Part shown: positions 29,187 to 37,308 of the stretch, one piece after another
How the letters are laid out: the number at the start of each line of letters is the position of its first letter
How positions within the stretch are numbered: position 1 is the first letter of the stretch
From: Candidatus Aminicenantes bacterium
Lineage (GTDB): Bacteria; Acidobacteriota; Aminicenantia; UBA2199
Assembly: GCA_963822075.1 (NCBI GenBank)
Contig: CAWGGP010000001.1
Span: 83,328-147,327, forward strand
DNA length: 64,000 nucleotides
Direction of reading: 5' to 3'
The notes under the pieces: model-generated
The model's input: only the letters and a program-made list of their open reading frames with translations
Database searches by the model: none
Told to the model about the DNA's origin: nothing
Made by a program: the position numbers and the translations under genes

Positions 29187-30125
29187 TCATTTGGCCATAT
29201 TTAAGCCCGCCGGTCCCGGAACGGCTCGCCCCAAGCCGGTTCCCTGCCCGGAGCACCTGGCCTTCATTTTCTCGCGGATGGCATTCAGGACCGAAGGTTT
29301 ATTCAGGGCCCAGCGCGGGGCAACGAAAAGTTCACCGCCCCTGTCTGCCGTGAGCCGATGGATAACAATGCGGGGGTCCAGGTGCTCCAGCAAGTCCACG
29401 ATGATATCGGTATATTCTTCCTGGTCCAGCAGCGGGAAAGGCGAACGGACATAGCGCGCATGCAGTTCCGTGCCTTGCAGAACGTGGAGCAGATGCAACT
29501 TGACCCCGGCGGGCATAAGCCCGTTCATGGCTTCGATGGTCGCGAGCATATGCGCGCGCGTTTCGCCGGGAATGCCGATGATCAAGTGGACGACAACGTC
29601 GATCCCCCTGGCCCGCAATTCGTGGAAGGCAAGGAGGAACTGCGCGAAACTGTGGTTGCGGTTCAACAGCAAAAGGCTTTTCTCATGGATGGACTGCAGG
29701 CCGAGCTCGACGCTCAGATAGATGCGGCGGTTCAACTCTGCCAACAGCGAAAAAACGGGGGGCGAAATGGCATCGGGCCGGGTGCCGATCGCCAATCCGA
29801 CGACGTCTTGATAACGGAAGACGGTCTCATATTTCCGCCGCAGCTCCGGCTCAGGGCCATAGGTGTTGCTGTGCGGCTGGAAATAAACGATATATTTCAG
29901 GCCGGGGTGATGGCGGATATAGGATTCGATCTGCCGGGCGATCGGCCAGGACCCCGTACGGATGGGGCCGGCGGCGTAGCGGTCGCAGAAGATGCATCCC
30001 GCCAGCGAAAGCGTCCCGTCCCGGTTGGGGCAGGACAGGCCGGCATTGACGGGAATTTTCAGGACCTTTACGCCCGGGAACTTGTTTTTTAAAAATAACT
30101 GGAACGAGTAGAACGGCTCATTCAT
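29187..30125 (-). CDS. TIGR01212-family radical SAM protein
   Basis: LSCPNRDGTLSLAGCIFCD cysteine motif. Start trimmed to the ATG at 30125 (MNEPFYSF), overlapping the upstream stop by 8 nt. Confidence 0.8.
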   Translation of the reverse strand: MNEPFYSFQLFLKNKFPGVKVLKIPVNAGLSCPNRDGTLSLAGCIFCDRYAAGPIRTGSWPIARQIESYIRHHPGLKYIVYFQPHSNTYGPEPELRRKYETVFRYQDVVGLAIGTRPDAISPPVFSLLAELNRRIYLSVELGLQSIHEKSLLLLNRNHSFAQFLLAFHELRARGIDVVVHLIIGIPGETRAHMLATIEAMNGLMPAGVKLHLLHVLQGTELHARYVRSPFPLLDQEEYTDIIVDLLEHLDPRIVIHRLTADRGGELFVAPRWALNKPSVLNAIREKMKARCSGQGTGLGRAVPGPAGLNMAK

Positions 30126-30486
30126 TGAGAATGGAGCGAATGCAGGCCAGCACGCTGTCGAGATCAAGCGGCTTGGCAAAAAAGCCGTCGATATAGATGT
30201 CCCCCAGCCTGTCCTTGATCTCGTTTTCCGAGTAAATGCCCGAGATGGCGATGATGGGGAGGAAAAACCTGTCCTTGATGTTCTGCATCACGTCGATCCC
30301 ATGCTCCTTGGGAAGCAACAGGTCGGTGATGACCAGGTCCGGGACGTTCTCTTCCGCCAGTTTCAGCGCCTGTTGCCCGTCGGCGGCCTCCATCACGGCA
30401 AAACCGTTTCGTTCCAGAAACTCTTTCAACAACAGGCGGATCTCTTCTTCGTCGTCAACGACCAAAATCAAATTCTTTTTTTCCAT
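30118..30486 (-). CDS. stand-alone response regulator receiver (CheY-like)
   Basis: LVVDDEEEIR acidic pocket, phospho-acceptor context DLVITDLLLP and conserved AKP near the end. 122 aa with no output domain. Confidence 0.85.
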   Translation of the reverse strand: MEKKNLILVVDDEEEIRLLLKEFLERNGFAVMEAADGQQALKLAEENVPDLVITDLLLPKEHGIDVMQNIKDRFFLPIIAISGIYSENEIKDRLGDIYIDGFFAKPLDLDSVLACIRSILNE

Positions 30487-31027
30487 TTTTCTCTCGCAGA
30501 TAAACCAGGAGATAGGCGCCCCAGGACCAAAGTAAAAACGAAAAGCTCAGCACGATCAGAAATTGCTTGACCAGGAGCAGGTCGACCCGCTCATGCAGAT
30601 CAATGATGAAAACGAAGATCAGCATGCTCAGCAGGGCAAACGTGAATTTCCCCACGACCAGGGAGGGCTTGACGATGCGCTTCCCCCTGTAGAGCAGCAC
30701 GCTGGCCCACAATATCAAAATGTCCCTCAAGATGATGAAGCCGGCCAGCCACAAGGGGAAATCGAATTTCAACGCCAGCGTGATGAGTATGGAGAGCACC
30801 AGGAATTTGTCGGCCAGCGGATCCATGATCTTTCCCAATTCACTTTCCTGGGAAAATTTCCGGGCGATAAAACCATCCAGGAAATCAAGGAAAACCGCGA
30901 TGATGTAGATCGCCAGCAAATAGGGAAAGAGTTCATCATTGACGTTGATCATCAACAGGATGATCAGCGGAATCATCAGCAGGCGCAACAAACTGAGAAT
31001 GTTCGGCAAGGTGAGGACTTTTCCCAT
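30455..31027 (-). CDS. pgsA: CDP-alcohol phosphatidyltransferase (PgsA-like)
   Basis: DFLDGFIARKFSQESELGKIMDPLADK matches DGxxARx8Gx3Dx3D. 190-aa membrane protein. Confidence 0.82.
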   Translation of the reverse strand: MGKVLTLPNILSLLRLLMIPLIILLMINVNDELFPYLLAIYIIAVFLDFLDGFIARKFSQESELGKIMDPLADKFLVLSILITLALKFDFPLWLAGFIILRDILILWASVLLYRGKRIVKPSLVVGKFTFALLSMLIFVFIIDLHERVDLLLVKQFLIVLSFSFLLWSWGAYLLVYLREKNGKKEFDFGR

Positions 31028-31069
31028 CGGTGTTAAAAAAATATACTATTTGGCGAAAAAAATCAACAA

Positions 31070-32326
31070 TCAATTCGCGGTTTTTATATGAATGTCGCCA
31101 TAGACATTATTGATGAGAATATCCGGTTTCATGCCGGAGCGGTTGAGGAAACTGTCGGCGTTTTCCTCATATTTTTCCAATTGCAGCGGGGACTCGGCGT
31201 AAATGCGGCCTTGCTTGGTCTTGATATTGATGGTCGGATCGGTCAATGCCCCGAATACCAGCGTCAATTCCGCATGCTGCGATTCGATATTGATCCGGTT
31301 CGTCACATTTTTGACCTGCAGGTCGAGATTGCCGTTCCTGATCAGCATGTCCAGGTTTTCGCCCGAAAAATCGGTCAGGCGGGTATCGGCGAAGGAGTTA
31401 TCGATCACCACGTTCCGGCCGGTTACGCTCCTGAGATCCATCCTGCTCAGCCGGCTGGCGACGCGGATGTCGCCGCTGATATTTTCGAGAAAAATATTTT
31501 CATATTTATTGCTGATGATCGCGCCGTTTTTCACATTTTTTGCGATAATATTGCTGAAGTGGCCGCTTATTTCCAGCTTGCCAACGCCATCCACCAGCAG
31601 TTTCCCATAAGAATGTTCCAAGGAAACGTTGTTTTTCACGTTTTTTATCGAACAATCGCCATGTTTCCCCAGGAAATGCAGAGAGTCCGCATTCTCAAGG
31701 ATTAATTACTGCGGGAAGAGTATATTTCCACGTCGGCGGCGATGGATTTGATATTCGCATTGCAATTTTTCAGGCGCAATTTCAATCCCGAGGGAATGTT
31801 TTCCAGGACCAGGTTGCCATTTTCCTGATCGATATTCGACATCCTTGCCGGTATCCCTGATGATCGTGTCCCCCTCTTGGTTGGAGATGGTCAATGCCGT
31901 GCCTTGGGGAACAAGCACATGCAAGAGGACGCGCAGGTTCTGGTAAGGGAAATCCGCGGCGGCGGGGACGGAAATTTTCAATTCGCCATTGTCCAGGACG
32001 GATTGGATAGCGACCTTTTTCCGGATCCCGTCGACAATGCCCTTGTCGGTATAGTACACGCGCGTGAATGCGAGCAGGTGAACCTGGCCGTCGCTGGACT
32101 TGTTGACGGTGATCTCGCCCGCCGGGTTTTCCATGGTGATCGCGTTCACGGCCGCGAAGATCTTTTCCTTGTCGGGGAACTCAGAGAATTTACTGCCCTT
32201 CAGCCGCCTTTCGTCCGAATAAAAGGAGAAGTCGTTGACAAACTGCATCTTGCCCTTTTCGACGGCCCGGTAGATCACGCCGAAAACGACAAGGACAATG
32301 ACCAGTAAAATCTCTCTTTTTCTCAT
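31070..32326 (-). CDS. DUF4097-type beta-strand-repeat protein with N-terminal anchor, interrupted by two compensating frame disruptions (about 31828-31840 and 31699-31710)
   Basis: ORFs 31706-32326 and 31070-31639 share a frame. Between them the +1 frame reads IDQENGNLVLENIPSGLKLRLKNCNANIKSIAADVEIYSSRSN, continuing the repeat pattern seen downstream (NVKNGAIISNKYENIFLENISGDIRV...). The original frame there is Arg/Gly nonsense ending in TAA. Confidence 0.7.
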
Positions 32327-32508
32327 TTCGTTTTTTTCACGTAAAGGAAAATGTTCTTAACGCCTATGTAGATCAGGATCAACGGCCAGTATTTGCCGAG
32401 CAAATCCCAAACATTGATCTCCAATCCGAAATTCTTCAGCAAGAACAGCATGCCCAAAACCAGGATGATCAGTCCCCAGAACAGCGATTCTCTTTTAGTG
32501 TTTGCCAT
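32323..32508 (-). CDS. small two-helix membrane protein (LiaF-N/DUF5668-like)
   Basis: 61 aa, with FWGLIILVLGMLFLLKNFG and YWPLILIYIGVKNIF. Overlaps both neighbours (ATGA at the 3' end). Confidence 0.6.
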   Translation of the reverse strand: MANTKRESLFWGLIILVLGMLFLLKNFGLEINVWDLLGKYWPLILIYIGVKNIFLYVKKTK

Positions 32509-32980
32509 TGATGTGTTCCTCGCGTTTGAAATAGTTGAAAACGATCTTGATGCCGAAGGCGATAAGGGCCAGCGGCCAAAGCCGGGTGATCTGGCGGTAG
32601 GTGATCAGGTCGAAATTGGCCAGTTGAAAAATAATGCCCATGACCAGCACGACGATGGCCGAGAACAGGGAAAGGTCTTCCTTGCCCGGGGCGGATTCTT
32701 CTCCGGGCGAATTGCTTTGGTTCAATTTCCCGGCATCGTTATAGCTGTCAATGATCTGAAAAATATAGAAACCGGCGATCATCAAACCAAAGACCACGGC
32801 GTCGGGATCATGGGCGTTGTTGGTCAGAACGATCAAAACGGCAAAGATCAACATATAGGTGATGCCCTTGAGAAAATTCCCGTTATATATGGCTCCCATC
32901 CCGGGAAATATCGCCAGGAACGCAGCCAGAGATGGATTTTTTTCTTTACGGCTTCTGCCCGCAGCCAGGTTGTTATCCAT
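32495..32980 (-). CDS. polytopic membrane protein (TM2-like N-terminal part, DUF5668-like C-terminal part)
   Basis: Start set at the ATG at 32980 (MDNNLAAG), preceded by AGGAGG. Has hydrophobic segments and C-terminal LWPLALIAFGIKIVF. Confidence 0.6.
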   Translation of the reverse strand: MDNNLAAGRSRKEKNPSLAAFLAIFPGMGAIYNGNFLKGITYMLIFAVLIVLTNNAHDPDAVVFGLMIAGFYIFQIIDSYNDAGKLNQSNSPGEESAPGKEDLSLFSAIVVLVMGIIFQLANFDLITYRQITRLWPLALIAFGIKIVFNYFKREEHINGKH

Positions 32981-33509
32981 TTTTTCCTCCTTTGTCGAAA
33001 TCTTTCCCAATGGCCATGGTTTGACCTTTTCTTTCGTTTTTCAGGTCGGTCGATTTTTTGTTGAAAAAAGTGAAAAAGAGCAATTCTTTCGATTCCTTGA
33101 TCTTCTCGAACCAGCCGCCCGTTCTGACGACGAGCTTCTCAACCGAATAAACGAACGAATGCATTTCGCGATTGGCGGGTGGGAAAATATTGGTGAAATA
33201 GAACAAATTCAAGAACAGGATAATGGTCCCCACTGCCGCGGCCAGCCACTTGGGAAAGTAAAACAAATTCACCGGTTTCTTTTTTTCGTCGATCTCCGGG
33301 ATGTTGTAAAGCCTGTTTTTAAGAAAAAATGGGACTTCTTCCTGGAGATCCGCCAGCTTATAGATCAATTCTTCGATTATTTCCTTTTTATTCAAGCACT
33401 CCGGACAGTTTTTCAGGTGCTCGGCGACATTTTCCGTTTCTTCCTTGGCCAATTCATTTTCCAAGTAGGCGGAGAGCAAAGACTCGATTTCCCTGCATTT
33501 CTTGGTCAT
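32973..33509 (-). CDS. anti-sigma factor (zf-HC2 type) with one TM helix
   Basis: N-terminal CREIESLLSAYLENEL...HLKNCPEC zinc-finger pattern and the TM helix WLAAAVGTIILFLNLFYF. Overlaps the sigma gene stop by 4 nt. Confidence 0.75.
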   Translation of the reverse strand: MTKKCREIESLLSAYLENELAKEETENVAEHLKNCPECLNKKEIIEELIYKLADLQEEVPFFLKNRLYNIPEIDEKKKPVNLFYFPKWLAAAVGTIILFLNLFYFTNIFPPANREMHSFVYSVEKLVVRTGGWFEKIKESKELLFFTFFNKKSTDLKNERKGQTMAIGKDFDKGGKNG

Positions 33510-34051
33510 GCGCCCTCCCGGATATACGCCTGAGCCAACCTCAACCGGGCGCGGTTGATGCGAGATTTGACCGTCCCTTCGGGAATTGAGAATTTTTCGG
33601 CGATTTCCTGGTAAGAAAGGTTATGAATATCCCTTAAAATCAGGATCACTCGCAAATCAGGATCCAATTGCGCTATTTTTCTTCTTAAAACCTCTATTTC
33701 AGATTCCTTGATCAATTTATCTTCGGGAGTTGGTTGACCGGAGCCGATCTTTTCATCCAGTTCCTGGTTATTTTGCAGGTATTTCTTGTTTTTCCGCCAA
33801 TAATCGATGCAATAATTCCGGGAAATCGTGAAAAGCCAGGAACTGAAGTTCCTTTCATCGCGGAATTTGTCCAAATTATGATAAATTTTAATAAAAATCT
33901 CCTGAGTGACATCGGAAGCGATATCCCTCTCGGCAAAAAAATTCAAGGCGATATTGTAAACCGGTTTGGAATATGAATTAATCAACATATTCCACCCCTC
34001 CTGGTTGCCGTCCCTGCACTTTGACAAGATATCCGTTATATCCATACACAC
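33506..34051 (-). CDS. ECF (group IV) RNA polymerase sigma factor
   Basis: Region 2 (DVTQEIFIKIYHNLDKFRDERNFSSWLFTISRNYCIDYWR) and region 4 (LSYQEIAEKFSIPEGTVKSRINRAR). The start is GTG 34051 or ATG 34045. Confidence 0.88.
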   Translation of the reverse strand: MCMDITDILSKCRDGNQEGWNMLINSYSKPVYNIALNFFAERDIASDVTQEIFIKIYHNLDKFRDERNFSSWLFTISRNYCIDYWRKNKKYLQNNQELDEKIGSGQPTPEDKLIKESEIEVLRRKIAQLDPDLRVILILRDIHNLSYQEIAEKFSIPEGTVKSRINRARLRLAQAYIREGA

Positions 34052-34053
34052 CT

Positions 34054-34083
34054 ATAAACGATGTAAAAAAAACAAAAGTTCAC
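34054..34083 (-). promoter_or_regulatory. ECF-type (autoregulatory) promoter candidate
   Basis: Minus strand reads GTGAAC-17 nt-CGTTTA (GAAC...CGT spacing typical of ECF promoters), immediately upstream of the sigma gene in the 52-nt gap after alr. Confidence 0.5.
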
Positions 34084-34103
34084 CTTGGCGGGGCTGCCCA
34101 TGT

Positions 34104-35236
34104 TCATTTCACCACGATCCTGGGGATCAGGGGATTGATCCGCGCCAGTATCTCATAATTAATTGTGCCGGACCATTCGGCCAGCATGTCGGCATCGATC
34201 TTTTCATGGCCTTCCTGCCCAAGAAGGGTGACCCGGTCGCCCACCTTCACGCCTTTGACATGAGTCACATCCGCCATGAACATGTTCATGCAGATGCGCC
34301 CGCGAACCGGCGCTTTGACGCCATTGACCAGGATCTGCGAAGCATTGGAAAGCTTGCGATCATAGCCTTCGTAATAGCCCACGGGGATCACGATGATCTT
34401 CGCCTTGTTGAAGGTCTTGTAGGTCAAGCCGTAACCGACGGCTTCCCCCTTGTTGAGCTGTTTCACCTGCGCGACCTTGGTGTGCCAGCTCAGGACCGGC
34501 CGCAGATCGATATCCCGCTTGTTTTTTTCCAGGTACAGGGCATGGGTCTGCCGCGAAGGCCAGTAGCCGTACGCCGAGATCCCCACCCTGGCCATGTCGA
34601 AAAAAGTTTCCGGGAACAACAGGCTGGATGCGGAGCTGGAGAAATGGCGACAGACCCGGGCCGAGCGCACGTGGGGCAGGACCGACCGGAACAAGGCCAG
34701 TTGCCGCTTGGCGAAAGGCCGGGTCGGTCGTATCTTCGATATTGGCAAAATGGGAATAGATTCCCCTGATCTCCAGCTTCCGCTCGTCCGCCCCCTCCAG
34801 CAGGGCGACGGCCTTTTCGGGAGCGAGCCCCAGGCGATTGGTCCCGGTCTCGATCTTCAGATGAACCAGGGCTTTGCGCTTCAGTTTCACGGAGATGCGC
34901 TTGAGCAGGCGAAAATGCTCCTCCGACGGGACGACGGTCTCGAAGCCGTTGGCGACCAGCTCCTCCAGTTCCTCCGGGTCGGTCCAACCCAGGACCAGGA
35001 CCGGTTTTTGCGATTGCAGGGAGCGGATGGTCAGGGCTTCCGCCAAGCGAGTCCACGGCATAATGGCCGATCAGCGGCGACGCTTTGGTGATCTGGATGA
35101 TCTCGCGCAGGCCATGCCCGTAGGCGTTGGCCTTGACCACGAACATGATCTTGCTGCGGGTGATATTTTTGAAAAGCTGCAGGTTGCCGAGCAAATTCCC
35201 CGCATGGATCTCGATATGCGTTTTCATATCCTTCAC
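34104..35236 (-). CDS. alr: alanine racemase, interrupted by two 1-nt frame disruptions (about 35038-35052 and 34704-34748)
   Basis: Three consecutive frames give MFVVKANAYGHG (PLP-lysine)...GHYAVDS, then AEALTIRS...LKIETGTNRLG...IYSHFANIEDTTDPAF, then AKRQLALF...MARVGISAYGYWP...VGYGLTY...RICMNMFMADV. Confidence 0.8.
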
Positions 35237-35320
35237 TTCACAGGAACCCGTTTTTTCATAAAAAGTCCTTGGCCTTTGACCGCAGGGCCCTGACGCATAT
35301 TTTATAACAAAATTACGTAT

Positions 35321-35348
35321 TTGAGATATATATTATTGAAATTATATT
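35321..35348 (+). promoter_or_regulatory. candidate promoter of the barrel/PKD gene pair
   Basis: TTGAGA-16 nt-TATATT in an AT-rich gap. A GGGAGA Shine-Dalgarno lies 5 nt before the ATG at 35383. Confidence 0.4.
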
Positions 35349-35382
35349 TATGGATGTGCTATTGCTTACCCGGGAGACAATC

Positions 35383-37299
35383 ATGGCAAAAAAAGTCTTT
35401 TTGACCGTTACCGTGTTTTTTATCTCCGGCGCCCTCTTCGGCCAGGCGTTCCAGAAGACAAATTATCTGCCCCTGGTGGAAAAGCAGGCAAACCAGGTCA
35501 TGATCAAGCTGAAGCCCGCTCACGGAGGCTCGACCTATTTCATCCAATACCGCACCGAGGGGATGGAAAATTTCCAGATCAGAAAAATGCGGCCCGAACT
35601 TCCCGGGATCGTCTCCCTCCGCATCCAGACCGAGAACCTGTATGGCCGGAATATCGAGTACTTCGTAGTGGAGGAGAAAGCGGACGGGTCCCGCTCCGAG
35701 TCGCTCACCCACACGGTCGCCAATTTCACCGAGAAGGAATCCCCGGAGATCTATTTCCAAAGCAACGACGCGCCCGCATCCCAGGGCGGCGGCAAATGGC
35801 ACCCGCCCGTCAACGTCAACGCCTCGCTGTCAACGTCGAGAAAGCTGTCCGAGAGGACCGACAGCGATTATTTCCAGCAGAATTATACCGCCAATGGCAA
35901 CCTGCGGATATTCAGGAACATTTCCAAGAACAATTACCAGCTCGATTTCGATACGAATTTCGTCCACCTGGATCCCTGGAACCCCCTGACCGAGAACCGG
36001 GTCAATCTTTCCACCATGATGATCCGCTTCAAAAAAGACAAGCTGCAGTTCGAAGCGGGTGACGTTTCGGTGAACCAGACCGAATTCACCACCTCCTATC
36101 TGAACCGCAGGGGCATGCGTTTCGAAATGAACGGCGAATCCCTTTACTTGAATGCATTTCTTACGAATTCCCAGCAAAAGACCGGCTTCGACGGCTACGG
36201 GATACCCGCCGCCAGGGCGGGCATCTTCGGCGCCGTGGCCGGCGTGAACCTGAAGAATAGCCTTAAGATCCGCGGCATGTTCATGACCGGAAAAGACAAC
36301 CTGGAGAGCAAGACCATCTCCAGCAATGAAAATCCTTTCCGGGCCGGGGACATGTTCTCCCTGTGGGGCGAGCTGGGCCTGCTCAAGAACCGCATGCAGG
36401 TCGCGGCGGAAATTGCGGCGAGCAACTACGGCTCCGCCCAAAGTGAAGAAGGTGTGCAAAAGCAAAGCGACACGGCCTGGAAGGCCGGGCTCAAGTACAA
36501 CCAGGGGATCTTGTCGTTCAACGCCGATTACGAGGAGATCGGCGACCATTTCAACTCGATCGCCAACTTGTTCCTGCAGAACGACCGGGAGGGACTGGGC
36601 ACCAACCTCGGGCTGAACATCAAGACGCTTTCCTTGAACGTCTCCTATATAGACAAAAAAAACTACATCCATAGCCTGGTCCAGGACATGCTCCATCAGA
36701 AGCGGGTCGGCGCCACGGCCAACTGGGGCATCGGCAGCCATTTCCGCATCGGCGCCGATGTATCCCGCGACAACCTGGATTACGATTCCTCGACCGGCCT
36801 GCAGACCTCCTCGAGCGACATGGACACCTACACTTACTCGGCGTCTTTCGGGTACATCGCCGGAGCGAACGGCCTGAACCTGAATGTGGGCAGGACCGAA
36901 TCGGTCCATTTCACTTCCAACCTGAACGCCGCCCTGGCCTTGAACCTAAGGTTCGGGCAAATCCTGACCTTGAACCCGACGCTCAGCTACCAGGAAAATG
37001 AAAACCTGGGCGACGGCAGCGAAGCGACGATCTATAATGTATATCTCAACTCCGAGCTCACGCTGATCCCGAACTATTTTACGCTGACTCTTTCCGTCTC
37101 TTACATGAACAACAAAAACATATCCGGCACGAGCTCCAACTGGTCGGCGAACGCGAACCTGAATATCTTCGCGGCCAAGCTGTTCAAGGACAAGGTCCGG
37201 CCGGCCATGTCACTGAAATCTCAGTTCCAGGGGGCCAAGTACGGCGATATCAAGACCGATTCGACGATCTTCTGGCTGCAGGCCGACATCGCTTTTTAG
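35383..37299 (+). CDS. predicted outer-membrane beta-barrel protein with N-terminal soluble domain, function unknown
   Basis: Signal peptide MAKKVFLTVTVFFISGALFGQAF. Long stretch of alternating-hydrophobicity strands rich in N, G, Y and S. C-terminal ...WLQADIAF with a terminal Phe. Confidence 0.7.
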   Translation: MAKKVFLTVTVFFISGALFGQAFQKTNYLPLVEKQANQVMIKLKPAHGGSTYFIQYRTEGMENFQIRKMRPELPGIVSLRIQTENLYGRNIEYFVVEEKADGSRSESLTHTVANFTEKESPEIYFQSNDAPASQGGGKWHPPVNVNASLSTSRKLSERTDSDYFQQNYTANGNLRIFRNISKNNYQLDFDTNFVHLDPWNPLTENRVNLSTMMIRFKKDKLQFEAGDVSVNQTEFTTSYLNRRGMRFEMNGESLYLNAFLTNSQQKTGFDGYGIPAARAGIFGAVAGVNLKNSLKIRGMFMTGKDNLESKTISSNENPFRAGDMFSLWGELGLLKNRMQVAAEIAASNYGSAQSEEGVQKQSDTAWKAGLKYNQGILSFNADYEEIGDHFNSIANLFLQNDREGLGTNLGLNIKTLSLNVSYIDKKNYIHSLVQDMLHQKRVGATANWGIGSHFRIGADVSRDNLDYDSSTGLQTSSSDMDTYTYSASFGYIAGANGLNLNVGRTESVHFTSNLNAALALNLRFGQILTLNPTLSYQENENLGDGSEATIYNVYLNSELTLIPNYFTLTLSVSYMNNKNISGTSSNWSANANLNIFAAKLFKDKVRPAMSLKSQFQGAKYGDIKTDSTIFWLQADIAF

Positions 37300-37308
37300 G
37301 AGAACGAG

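Noticed and set aside
27572-34103. Low-GC block as a horizontally acquired genomic island or mobile element
   Set aside because: No integrase, transposase, tRNA target, flanking direct repeats or phage/plasmid genes. The content (pgsA, ECF sigma module, radical SAM) is chromosomal in character, and equally low GC is seen in dnaA-dnaN-recF.
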